Source: Nitrosopumilus sp.
Lineage (GTDB): Archaea; Thermoproteota; Nitrososphaeria; Nitrososphaerales; Nitrosopumilaceae
DNA: 64,000 nt
Assembly: GCA_965205215.1 (NCBI GenBank)
Contig: OZ242041.1
Location: forward strand, 736,001 to 800,000
Direction of reading: 5' to 3'
The notes beneath the pieces are model-generated. The model was not told the origin of the DNA and did no database searches. It worked only from the letters and a program-made list of their open reading frames with translations. The stretch's first letter is position 1; each line of letters starts with the position of its first letter. This document shows positions 51,316-60,776 of this stretch, in pieces. Both the position numbers and the translations under genes were made by a program.

Positions 51316-51506
51316 CCCGGGGCCGCGCGGACGGCGCGGCGGCAGCAGCAGTAAGGAGGCAACGGCATGCGTGCCGGGTGCGCATTCCGCTGCTGCGGTG
51401 CCGGGCGGCCTCCCTCCCTCCACCTGCACCCCTCCGCACGCACCGCGCCGCATGGGCGGGGGCAGCCATCTCAAAGTACATATTTCACAGGTTGCGCCGT
51501 CCCTAT

Positions 51507-51591
51507 GCGGGAGTCGCCCAGCCTGGTCAACGGCGTAAGGTTCAGGTCCTTATCTCTCAGGAGTTCGTGGGTTCGAATCCCATCTCCCGCA
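51507..51591 (+). tRNA. tRNA-Leu(CAG)
   Basis: Anticodon arm TAAGG-TTCAGGT-CCTTA, long variable arm, GGTTCGAATCC, followed by CCA. Confidence 0.96.
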
Positions 51592-51798
51592 CCATTACTG
51601 CCTTGCAGCGTCTCTTGCCTCTGTGCCTGTGAGGCGCGCAAGGCCCCGCTCTCTGCCAAGGCCAGCGCTTTCTGGTCGGGGATCCATCCGCCTCCTCCAC
51701 TCTACATCCTCGCCCCTCTCACAATGCGGTCCGATGCGCCCCCTCGGTGATCCGCTACTTTAGGTCCGGGCGCCGCCTGCCGTATTCCGGTCCCGCAG

Positions 51799-52785
51799 TC
51801 ACACGTTGCAGGAGATCAGCCCCCTCGCGGTCGCATAATCCAGCCGCCGCCGGTAGTGCCCGTCCTCCCTCAGCCCCTTGAACGGGGCCAAAAACACGTC
51901 GTGTATGTCCCGGCGGAATCTGTACAGGAACTCGTTCAGCTCCTCTATGGTCCTTGATGTCACCCTGACCCCCGGATCAATCCTGGTTATGCTCCGGTCG
52001 CTGTGCTTGACCGTGCGGTGCGCCAGCTCGGAGCCCCGGCAAAACCTTATGGACGGCTCCTTGGTATTGTCCACCCCCCTCAGGCCCAGCGCGCCCCCGG
52101 GGGCGTTGAAGCGCACGCGCCTGCCTGCCGCGGTCCGGACGTTGAGGTTGTACCTCTCCTCTAGCTCGTCAAGGTACCCGAGGCGCTCGTTGTCGGCCCA
52201 TACCTCCGTCCGCCGCGGGCGCGGCGTAAACAGCGCAAGGCACACGGGATTGTCGGTGTCGGTGAAGAGGCGCCGCTCCAGTAGCACGAATGCCCTGAGC
52301 CTGTGACGGAACAGGCGGCTCCGGAGGAACGTGGCAGGTATTATGAAGGCGACATAGCTGCAGCTTGCAAGCGCCAGTTCCAGCGCATACTTGTAAACGT
52401 CGTCGTACCTGCAGGGCGCCCTGAACTCGAGGCCCCTGCGGCGGGCGGAGTTCCGGGCAAGCCAGGGCGGGTTCGTTACGCACGCGCGGTATCCTGTTGG
52501 AAACGACTCGAGCGTGTCCTGGCGCCTTACCCGGACGCCACCGTCTGCAGGCCGCCCGGCCCCGCCTGCAACGTCGTAGCATGCGAACCTAGAGCACGCG
52601 CTGGAGTCCTGCAGCATGCGCACTATGTCCTTGGCCCCTGCAAAGGGCTCCAGAACCGTGCAGTCGTCAAGGCCCGCGCCCCGCGCCCAGTCCTTGAACG
52701 GCCTGAGCTCAAACGGGCTCTGCTTTGTATAATACGCGCCGTACTGCCGTTTTCTTGCAGCATGGGGCATGCGGTTGTACCGCAC
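51799..52785 (-). CDS. Solitary amino-(N6A/N4C) DNA methyltransferase-like protein
   Basis: YYT, LEPFAG (motif I), VTNPPW (motif IV), DVY, FIIP in gamma-class order. Confidence 0.75.
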   Translation of the reverse strand: MRYNRMPHAARKRQYGAYYTKQSPFELRPFKDWARGAGLDDCTVLEPFAGAKDIVRMLQDSSACSRFACYDVAGGAGRPADGGVRVRRQDTLESFPTGYRACVTNPPWLARNSARRRGLEFRAPCRYDDVYKYALELALASCSYVAFIIPATFLRSRLFRHRLRAFVLLERRLFTDTDNPVCLALFTPRPRRTEVWADNERLGYLDELEERYNLNVRTAAGRRVRFNAPGGALGLRGVDNTKEPSIRFCRGSELAHRTVKHSDRSITRIDPGVRVTSRTIEELNEFLYRFRRDIHDVFLAPFKGLREDGHYRRRLDYATARGLISCNV

Positions 52786-52876
52786 CGCTGCCTTATATCT
52801 CGTAATAACCGCACCGCCGCCGCCCTCCCGCTTTTAAGAATTAATATGCCCGACCCCGTCCCCGTAACCGTCCATA

Positions 52877-53728
52877 ATGAGCCGCAAACCAAAGAGAACC
52901 GTCGTGGGGATCACGGCGGTGGGCCCCGACAAGGAAGGGGTGGTCGCCGCGTTTACCAACTTTGCATTCAGGCAGGACGGCAACGTCGAGAAGATAAACC
53001 AGAACGTCATCAAGGGGCTATTCGGGATGCACATGGAGGTCTCGTTTGCAAGGGAGGTTGACACGGGACGGCTTGACAGGGAGATACAGCGCCTTGCCTC
53101 CGAGCAGAACATGGAGGTCTCGGTGCACCACGAGACAAACTCGGAGAAGAACATAGCCGTGATGGTCACAAGGGAGCCGCTCTGCCTCGAGGCCATAATC
53201 GCGGGGCGCAGCTCCCTCGCGGGCCGCATATCCGTGGTGATCGGCACGGAGAGGACGCTTGCCCCCGTCGCGAGGCGCGCGCACATACCGTTCGTGCTGA
53301 TTCAGGAGAGAAACCAGTCAAAGGCCGAGGAGCGCATCCTGCGCGCGTGCAAGAAATACGACATCGACGTGATTGCGCTGGCGCGGTACATGCGCATACT
53401 GACCCCGAACTTTGTGTGGAGATATCCCAACCGCATCATCAACATACACCCGTCGCTGCTCCCGGCGTTCCCCGGGGCGTCGGCGTACGAGCAGGCCCAC
53501 GAGCGCGGCACCAAGATAGTGGGGGTGACGGCCCACTACGTCTCCGAGGACCTGGACCAGGGGCCCATAATATTCCAGGACTCCTTTGAGGCGGATCCCG
53601 ACTACACGCTTGCGGAGATAAAGCAGAGGGGGCAGCGGCTGGAGGCGGCGCTGCTTTTCAAGGCCCTGAAGATGCACCTTGCAGGCAGGCTCGAGGTCAG
53701 GTGGCGCAAGGTGCACGTGCGGAGGTGA
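52877..53728 (+). CDS. purU: Formyltetrahydrofolate deformylase
   Basis: N-terminal ACT (GPDKEGVVA), LARYMRIL, INIHPSLLPAFPG, LDQGPII. Confidence 0.93.
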   Translation: MSRKPKRTVVGITAVGPDKEGVVAAFTNFAFRQDGNVEKINQNVIKGLFGMHMEVSFAREVDTGRLDREIQRLASEQNMEVSVHHETNSEKNIAVMVTREPLCLEAIIAGRSSLAGRISVVIGTERTLAPVARRAHIPFVLIQERNQSKAEERILRACKKYDIDVIALARYMRILTPNFVWRYPNRIINIHPSLLPAFPGASAYEQAHERGTKIVGVTAHYVSEDLDQGPIIFQDSFEADPDYTLAEIKQRGQRLEAALLFKALKMHLAGRLEVRWRKVHVRR

Positions 53729-53760
53729 CGCCCGTGGGTGCGCGCCGTGAAGCCTGGGGG

Positions 53761-54564
53761 ATGACCGATCCGGACATCCGGACATCCGTGCGCGGCGGCA
53801 TCCGTGACGCTGCGACGGCGGCGGCAACGGCAACAGCAGCGGCAACGGACGAGGATAAGACATCAGTGGCAGCCGCAGCAACAGCGGTAATACCCGTCGG
53901 CTCGCTTGAGCAGCACGGGCCCCACCTGCCGGTCTCTACTGACTCTGTCATCGCGTCGGAGGTGTCCCGCATGGTGGCCGAGCAGAACGGCTACCTGCTG
54001 ATGCCGGTTATCGCGTACGGCGTGTCGTACGAACATGCGCCACTCTTCAATGCCAGCACGAGACCGGACTCGCTGTCCCAGATGATATCGGACCTGTGCG
54101 GGTCGCTGTACGAGAGCGGCATCTGTAATATAATCATAATAAACGGGCACCACGGGAACATGGAGGCGCTTGGCAGGCTTGAGCGCCTGGTGAAGGGATC
54201 GACTGGCAGCGGCGGCGGGCCCGCAGTCCGGGTGTTCCACTACTGGCGCCACATGCAGCGGCAGCAGGAGCTTGGCCACGCCGGGTTTGCGGAGACCTCC
54301 ATGATGCTGGCAATATCTGCCGGTTCGGTGAGGATGGACCTGGCGCAGAAAGGGCTGGTAACGGACGGGATGCCGCCGGAGCGGGTCCGGGAGATCTCCG
54401 AGCTTGCAAAGCGGTCGTTCCCGGAGGCGACCGGCAACGGCGTCTGGGGGGATCCGGCCGGCGCGACGGCGGAGGCCGGGCGCCGACTCCTAGTCGAGTC
54501 GGCCGACGGCATAAGCGGGGAGTGCGCGGAATGGCTCGGCGGGCGCGCGGCGCAGGCGGGATGA
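53761..54564 (+). CDS. Creatininase family amidohydrolase
   Basis: PVGSLEQHGPHLP, GVSYEH, NGHHGN, HAGFAETS, NGVWGDP. Confidence 0.9.
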   Translation: MTDPDIRTSVRGGIRDAATAAATATAAATDEDKTSVAAAATAVIPVGSLEQHGPHLPVSTDSVIASEVSRMVAEQNGYLLMPVIAYGVSYEHAPLFNASTRPDSLSQMISDLCGSLYESGICNIIIINGHHGNMEALGRLERLVKGSTGSGGGPAVRVFHYWRHMQRQQELGHAGFAETSMMLAISAGSVRMDLAQKGLVTDGMPPERVREISELAKRSFPEATGNGVWGDPAGATAEAGRRLLVESADGISGECAEWLGGRAAQAG

Positions 54565-54780
54565 TTCACGGCGTGCGGACTGGATGACGGGACGATGACA
54601 GCCGGTTCCATCCGGCGCCTGCATCCGGCACGCGGATCATGCCGCCTGACGCCTCGGACTGCGCGCGGCACGTGCCGGGCGCAAAGGCGGCCGTCGTGGC
54701 GGCTGCCTGCCCTCATATATGTATAGATTAGGGGACCGTCGGGCGGGGCTCTGCGATCGTCTTGGCGGGTTTGAGGCAGG

Positions 54781-56229
54781 GTGCCGCGTTCATGCTTTGC
54801 GGCGCGTGATCTGGGCTGCGCCCGCTCACTCACAAATGTTATTAACCGGTTGGATGACGGTACAACAGTGTACGTGCACGATCTTTCAGACACACCACGG
54901 GCAAGGCTGGCGCGCGGCCCAAAGGCCGCCCCTGTCCCGCATGCCACAGGCAAGCTGCTGATCGCAGCGGTGGTAGCCGTGGCAGCCTTGGTTGCCGTCG
55001 GCATGTCAGAGACGGCGATGGCGCAGACCCCCGAGAAGATAAAGATCGGCGTGCTCTCGGCATCCCTGCCCATCTTTGAGGAAGGCCCCAACCTGGCAAT
55101 GGAGATGGCCCGGGATGCTTGGAATGAGGAGTCCTCAGCTCACTTCAACGCAGAGCTGGAGCTGAAGTTTATTGACATCAAGGGGAACTTTTCGGATCCG
55201 GCCCATGGGGCATATGTGGCACAGCAGCTTGGCGCCGCCGCCCAGGACGGCTACAAGCACTTTATCGCCCCGTCCGACGATCTGGCCCTTGCAGTAGTCC
55301 AACATGTCGTAAACAGCATACCAACCCTGTCAAATACAATACTCATATCGCCCGCGTCTCAGTCCACCGTGCCGCCCTCCCTGGCTGCGGACGACAATCT
55401 CTTCAGGCTGGCGCCCAACGTTGCGACGCAGGGCGAGCGTCTCTTGGAGCAGTTTGACAGGCAGGGCGTCGGGAGCGTGATCATAGTCACCGATGCGGCG
55501 TTCGAGTCGTTCGTAGAGCAGGGCTTATTCCCAGACGACTTTCACGATCACTACCAGCCTGATGCAATTCCAATATATGGTCCCACCGACATAGCGAATA
55601 ACATCGCGTCGCTGACCCAACTGAACAACGATCTAGCCGCGCTGATTGACCAGTACGGCAGTGATCGGATAGGGGTATTCGCTGCCATGCAGCCGCCCGC
55701 CTTCGTTACCATGGCCCACGTCCTTGCGGCCAACCCGCAGCTGGACGTCATAGACGACGTAAAGTGGTTTGGCTACAATTATCTCGGACACTCTCCCTTC
55801 CTTACGGGCGACCCGACTGCCGCCATGCTTGCCGATCGCGTGGACATGAACGTCATTGTATTCGAGATTGCGCGCACCGACGTCAACGCCCCGCTCGCAG
55901 AACTGCCGACGTTCAGCCCCGGCTTTAGAAACTTCAACTTTGCCTCGTACGATGCAGTCCACCTCTTGGCCGATGTCCTTGCAATCGGCGGCGTTGACAG
56001 TGACAGTGACGCCCTAAAGGCCGTCGTATTTGAAATAGCCAACGACAACTTGGATCCGGTGCCCCACGAGAACAGAATCCTGGGCGAGGGGGCGATGGGC
56101 GACTACATGCTGGATCCGGCGACAGGTGACCTGACTGAAACCAGGATGTACGTCGTATACCACGTGACCGAGGTCGCCGACGGCGTCTACGACTGGGTGG
56201 CGCTGGCTTCGCCCAACGTGTGCCGCTGA
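54781..56229 (+). CDS. Divergent periplasmic-binding-protein type 1 (Liv-like) substrate-binding protein; true start probably about 54870-54940
   Basis: Signal/anchor LLIAAVVAVAALVAVG, IKIGVL, LISPASQS, DNLFRLAP, ASYDAVHLLA, GDL. Confidence 0.8.
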   Translation: MPRSCFAARDLGCARSLTNVINRLDDGTTVYVHDLSDTPRARLARGPKAAPVPHATGKLLIAAVVAVAALVAVGMSETAMAQTPEKIKIGVLSASLPIFEEGPNLAMEMARDAWNEESSAHFNAELELKFIDIKGNFSDPAHGAYVAQQLGAAAQDGYKHFIAPSDDLALAVVQHVVNSIPTLSNTILISPASQSTVPPSLAADDNLFRLAPNVATQGERLLEQFDRQGVGSVIIVTDAAFESFVEQGLFPDDFHDHYQPDAIPIYGPTDIANNIASLTQLNNDLAALIDQYGSDRIGVFAAMQPPAFVTMAHVLAANPQLDVIDDVKWFGYNYLGHSPFLTGDPTAAMLADRVDMNVIVFEIARTDVNAPLAELPTFSPGFRNFNFASYDAVHLLADVLAIGGVDSDSDALKAVVFEIANDNLDPVPHENRILGEGAMGDYMLDPATGDLTETRMYVVYHVTEVADGVYDWVALASPNVCR

Positions 56230-56282
56230 TCACGGCGTGCCGGGGTTTCTTATTTGCAGGACGTGCCTGTCTGTTACTGGCA

Positions 56283-56905
56283 ATGAACAAGCCTCTCCGC
56301 TTGCTCGCTTCGCGGGCAGGGCCAAGGCCGTGCTCGCAATCGTGATTGTCGTTGCTGTGGCGGGATCCAGTCCCGTCCCTGTCTCCGGCCGGCGGCGACT
56401 CTGCCGAGATGGCGGTGGCGGCGGCAAAGCTCAGGCGGACGGATCGGGCGCAGCTTGCGGGCATTTACACGGCCGGCCAGAGGGGATGCCATCTGGACAC
56501 CGGCATGGCAGCCGTCACAGGGCCGTTCGGCTTTGAGGGCGCGCCCGTTGGGGACGCGGTTGCGGGCGCCGACGGGCTTGCCAATCGCGCAGTCCGGCGG
56601 TGCCGACGCGCGCCCCGGCGGTCACATGCCGGCAGAGCCCGCCTGCGGCGATGGCGCTAAGGGAGTCCGGAATCGCGAGCCGCGGAACCGGGAAAGATGC
56701 TCGGGGCGCCCGGCGACGAGTCGGAGTTCATGATAGGGAGCATGCCGGCCAGCCGGGGCATGGACCATGGCAGCGACGTGACTATATCTCCCATGGGGTT
56801 TGGCACACCTCTGCTGCCGGACGTAGCCGTACGAGCTCCTGCTGAATTACGGAATCATTGACTGGGCCCGACGTAGGCGAGTCGTACACGACGGAATTTC
56901 TAGAC
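56283..56905 (+). pseudogene. Degraded NMT1/THI5-like (SsuA-type) ABC substrate-binding protein
   Basis: Collinear fragments in different frames: AVLAIVIVVAVAG; KLRRTDRAQLAGIYTAGQRG...GPFGFEG; RQSPPAAMALRESGIAS; YGIID/PDVGESYTTEFL. Confidence 0.6.
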
Positions 56906-56952
56906 TCGCGCCGCGCACGGCACGGATGATATACGGCGGTTGTCGGCGCCGC

Positions 56953-58329
56953 CTACCTGCGATAGTCCACAATCTCGCCCGTGGCCGCGTCGTATCGGGC
57001 CGCGGGCGCCCACTTGCCGTCTGCAACTATCAGAAATTCATAGTCCGTGACGTCCAGGTCCCCCGCCTCGTTGAACATGACGTTCCCCAGAGCGCCGGTG
57101 CGCCCGGTGACGGTATCTGGAAGCTGTTCCATGATGTCCTGCACGTCAGGACCCGCCGCCTCAATTGCGAGGCCCAGCGCCCACAGGCTGTCATACGACG
57201 CGTAGATGTAGTTGTTGTTGGGGGTGGTGCCCGACCGCCTCTCAAACTCGTCCCTGACGTCCCTGAACACCTCATTGTCCGACGCCGAGAACTGCAGTGC
57301 CATTAGCCCGGTGCCCTCTGCAAACTTGGCCGCGCGCTCGTCGTCCACGATGGTGTGCGCCCCCGTGACCCCCTCAGAGCCGATCCACGGTATGCTTCGC
57401 AGGTTCTCGTACTCGACCGCGGCGTTGAACAGGTGCGACGCCTCGTCGAAACTGATGAGAAGGATGCCTACCTCGCCGCGCTCGTACGTGTCGTATAGCT
57501 GGGCCACCAGACTCGAGAGAGCGTGCATCTCCGAGGAGAACGTGGTTATCTCCGGGTTGTAGCGTATGCCTTCTGCCACGATGCCGCCCCTGTCCTCAAA
57601 CGCGGCCGCCGCCGTCTCAAACAGCCCGTCGCCCCATATGTCGCCGCGGTATACGGCTACTACGGCCTTGATGCCGCGGTCTTCTAGCAGCGCCGCTATC
57701 ACGGTGCCCTGCTTGCTGTCGTCGGGAACAAACCTGAATATGTTGTCGCCCGGGATTGCCAGCTTGGGCGATGTGGACGAGGGCGATATCAGCAGCATGT
57801 TGTTGGAGTTCACGTACGCCATGATGTTGCGGATCTCCGCGCTCGACGACGGCCCTAGTATGTACTTTATCCCCTTGGCGTCAAGCGACTGTACCTTTTC
57901 AAGGGCGGTGATCGGGTTGGTCTGTGTGTCTTCTGAAACAAGCCTCATGCGCCAGTCCGCCCCCTTGTCCTGCAGGTACTCATTGAAGTGATCCACTGCC
58001 ATGTCCAGACCGTACTTTGTGTCTATTCCATAGCTTGCCAGATCTCCGGTTACTGGGATCAATACTCCGACATCTATCATCCTTGTGTCTGATGACGCCG
58101 CGCTACTGTCTACGTCGGTGCCACCGTCACTCTCACCAGCATCCTCGCCTGCCGTCTCGTTGACATCGCCGGGCACCCCTGCATTTTCTGGCACCGTCGT
58201 GGCGGCATCCTCCGGCTGCATGCCGGCGTCCATGTCTGCGGGCCCGTCGGTTGGGGCCGAAACGGCCGTAGCTGCAATCCCTATTGCGATTGCGGCCCCG
58301 ATGATGCCATATATTGCGGCCTTATTCAA
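56953..58329 (-). CDS. Single-domain Liv-like substrate-binding protein, close paralog of the four-domain protein
   Basis: Shares YGIIGAAIAI, KGADWRM, ALEKVQSL, SPSSTSPKLA, DNIFRFVPDD, EGIRYNPEITTFS, ARYxAATGEI. Confidence 0.92.
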   Translation of the reverse strand: MNKAAIYGIIGAAIAIGIAATAVSAPTDGPADMDAGMQPEDAATTVPENAGVPGDVNETAGEDAGESDGGTDVDSSAASSDTRMIDVGVLIPVTGDLASYGIDTKYGLDMAVDHFNEYLQDKGADWRMRLVSEDTQTNPITALEKVQSLDAKGIKYILGPSSSAEIRNIMAYVNSNNMLLISPSSTSPKLAIPGDNIFRFVPDDSKQGTVIAALLEDRGIKAVVAVYRGDIWGDGLFETAAAAFEDRGGIVAEGIRYNPEITTFSSEMHALSSLVAQLYDTYERGEVGILLISFDEASHLFNAAVEYENLRSIPWIGSEGVTGAHTIVDDERAAKFAEGTGLMALQFSASDNEVFRDVRDEFERRSGTTPNNNYIYASYDSLWALGLAIEAAGPDVQDIMEQLPDTVTGRTGALGNVMFNEAGDLDVTDYEFLIVADGKWAPAARYDAATGEIVDYRR

Positions 58330-58734
58330 TACGGATCTCTACAAGCAATCTTCTATAAGTCTTTTTAACTGATCAATTATAAAAATGATACGCGTTCACA
58401 CGCACTCCTCCCGAGCGGGATACGCAAGATATTTGTCATATGCGGCAATGTCAGTGCTCGCAAACCCACAAGGATGCGGGGTGCCAAGGGGGAAGCCGAC
58501 GGTGACGTCGTACTGTAGTTTCTGCCTCCGCATACCCTGTAGCAAACCCCGTCGAGACACTGGCGCGAGATCAGGCGCGCGGTTGCGGGAAGGCGCTGAG
58601 GACGGACTTGAACAGGCGCAGGCTTCCATCATGCGGATGCTGCGCAACGGCGAGGCTGCCGCTGCCAAGCTGTTCCGGTATGTGCATACGCGCCAAGTAA
58701 CGGCAGGCGCAGGACGCCGCTCCCTGTGCTCCAT

Positions 58735-58806
58735 GATATTAATAAATCTGATAATTTTTAATAATAACTATGAAACATTCTGAAATACTTAATAATATAT
58801 AAATAG
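58735..58806 (+). promoter_or_regulatory. AT-rich promoter/operator region upstream of the FeoB-like module
   Basis: Extremely AT-rich, three TTAATAA copies, TATATAAA box about 30 bp before ATG 58828. Confidence 0.5.
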
Positions 58807-58827
58807 TGCCGGGCCGATACCAGTAGC

Positions 58828-59079
58828 ATGACCAAGACATTCCAAGTAAATCTTGAAGTTGAAGAGATCGGCAGGGCGCAGGACCGGATGCATAAAGTTC
58901 CAAATGTCTACGCCGGCATGGGAAGGGTGTACGGCGTTAGCGTGTCTGGGAGCAGCATACCTTTCCAGGCCTGGCTTTCCAAAATGGATGACGCGACCTT
59001 TGGGGACAGGGGGCAGAGGATTGACTGGCATCACGCCATGAGCGGGATCCCTCAGATTAAGAACGCATCATGCGGCTAG
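58828..59079 (+). CDS. Small hypothetical protein
   Basis: ATG directly downstream of a TATA box; ends 29 bp before the FeoB-like gene. Confidence 0.45.
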   Translation: MTKTFQVNLEVEEIGRAQDRMHKVPNVYAGMGRVYGVSVSGSSIPFQAWLSKMDDATFGDRGQRIDWHHAMSGIPQIKNASCG

Positions 59080-59108
59080 TCCGCGCTCCCACCCTTTTAT
59101 GATCTGCA

Positions 59109-60746
59109 ATGAACGTTCCCAGATTCATAGTAATTGGCAAGGAGGGAGTTGGAAAATCACAGCTAATCTCGTCGCTTACAGGAAAGGATGCAGGGGGCAG
59201 CAACATCAGGGGCTCTACGATCTCAAGTGAATCCTACAGCGGCAACAGGTTCGACTTTGTAGACACGCCGGGAATAGTTTTTGACTCTGACAGTGAAACG
59301 ACAAGGACTGCAATCGCGTCAATGCAGGGGGACGATTCCATACTGCTTGTCGTCCGTGCCACAAGCATGGATGAGGATCTCGAGTACCTCTTTTCATTGG
59401 TCAAGGCCAAAAAGGGGGCGATAATAGTGACGAATTGGGACAGGGTGGCGAATTCAAAGAATGTTGCCATAATTGAGCAGCTGGAGCGGGATCTGGGGAT
59501 GCCCGTAATTGCCCTCGACGCGCGGAGGATCACAGAGTTTCAAAAGAGCAGGATCGGCAAGACGCTAGAGAACCCCTGCACCTTTTCAAACAAGACGTTC
59601 CACACCGGAATCTCACTCAGGCCCAAGTCGACGGTCCTTGAAAAGAGGCACATGGGGATCGTAATCGGGATGGCATCGCTGCTGGCCCCTTCTATACTGT
59701 CAGTTGCAGGGGCCAATTACTTTGCAGGCCTCGTCCACCCCATAGTGGCAGATCTCATGGCAGGGCCGGTGGAGCGCCTGGAGGCACTGCTGTTGCCGCC
59801 TTTGCTGACGTACATCCTTGTCGGGGAATACGGGCTCTTTTCCATGGGCCCGTTCCTCTTTGTCTGGGCAGCGCCGACAATTACCATATACTCGCTGCTG
59901 CTCGGTGTCTACAAGTCGACAGGGCTGCTGGACCGCACGTCATTGGCAATTCATCCGCTGGTAAGAAGGATCGGGGTGAGTGGAAGGGACGTGACCAGAA
60001 TAGTGATGGGTTTTGGCTGCAACGTGCCTGCTGTAATCAGCAGCAGGTCCTGTTCAGGTTGCTCTAGGGGCACGACCGTCTCGGCAATAAGCTTCGGCTC
60101 TGCGTGTTCGTATCAGTTTGGTGCGACCATCGCGGTCTTGGCCGCGTCCGGCATGCCGTGGCTGGTGGTTCCGTTCCTGATTTACCTGGCCGGAACCACC
60201 GTTGTCTACTCCCGGCTGGTCAGTACAAGGAAGAACCGCTCCAAGCTTGGCATGCCGGTGATTGACGGCCAGGTGTTCTTTGAGAGGCCCACGTTCAGCT
60301 CCACTTGGAGGGAGTCAAGGCAGAGCATAACGCAGTTCTTCAGGACGGCACTCCCGATCTTTTTTGCGATCACGTTTGTCGCATCCCTCCTGAACTGGAC
60401 GGGCGTCATAGCCCTTCTTGCAGGGGAGCTTGGCCTCATAATGAGCCTGTTCAACCTGCCGGGGGACTCGGCGCTTGCAATAATGTTCGGCTCCATCCGG
60501 AAGGACGGGCTGCTGCTTCTTGCCGAACCCGGCATGGCGGACTCGCTTTCGGCGCTGCAGGTACTGACGGGCGTCTACCTGGCCGGGACGCTGCTGCCGT
60601 GCATCGTGACTTTCCTGACCATAGTGCGCGAGATGTCGTGGAAATTTGCAGTCAGGATGGCGGCAAAACAGATCATTGCAGCCGTCGCGTTTACGCTGCT
60701 GCTGGCGCATTCTGACAAACTCTGGAATGCCTTTCTTCAGATTTGA
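59109..60746 (+). CDS. FeoB-like GTPase fused to a Gate-domain membrane transporter
   Basis: G1 GKEGVGKS, G2 NIRGST, G3 DTPG, G4 TNWD; GFGCNVPA, SRSCSGCSR, GSACSYQ, RKDG, LLPCIVT. Confidence 0.88.
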   Translation: MNVPRFIVIGKEGVGKSQLISSLTGKDAGGSNIRGSTISSESYSGNRFDFVDTPGIVFDSDSETTRTAIASMQGDDSILLVVRATSMDEDLEYLFSLVKAKKGAIIVTNWDRVANSKNVAIIEQLERDLGMPVIALDARRITEFQKSRIGKTLENPCTFSNKTFHTGISLRPKSTVLEKRHMGIVIGMASLLAPSILSVAGANYFAGLVHPIVADLMAGPVERLEALLLPPLLTYILVGEYGLFSMGPFLFVWAAPTITIYSLLLGVYKSTGLLDRTSLAIHPLVRRIGVSGRDVTRIVMGFGCNVPAVISSRSCSGCSRGTTVSAISFGSACSYQFGATIAVLAASGMPWLVVPFLIYLAGTTVVYSRLVSTRKNRSKLGMPVIDGQVFFERPTFSSTWRESRQSITQFFRTALPIFFAITFVASLLNWTGVIALLAGELGLIMSLFNLPGDSALAIMFGSIRKDGLLLLAEPGMADSLSALQVLTGVYLAGTLLPCIVTFLTIVREMSWKFAVRMAAKQIIAAVAFTLLLAHSDKLWNAFLQI

Positions 60747-60776
60747 CCAAAACGGTCCACGGCCGGTCCAGCCATG

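Noticed and set aside
58600-58614. GGACGGACTTGAAC as an att copy of tRNA-Ala(GGC)
   Set aside because: Match to GGAAGGGATTTGAAC is too weak to support
58828-59079. FeoA
   Set aside because: Right size and position, but the FeoA signature (RLxxLG..PG) is absent
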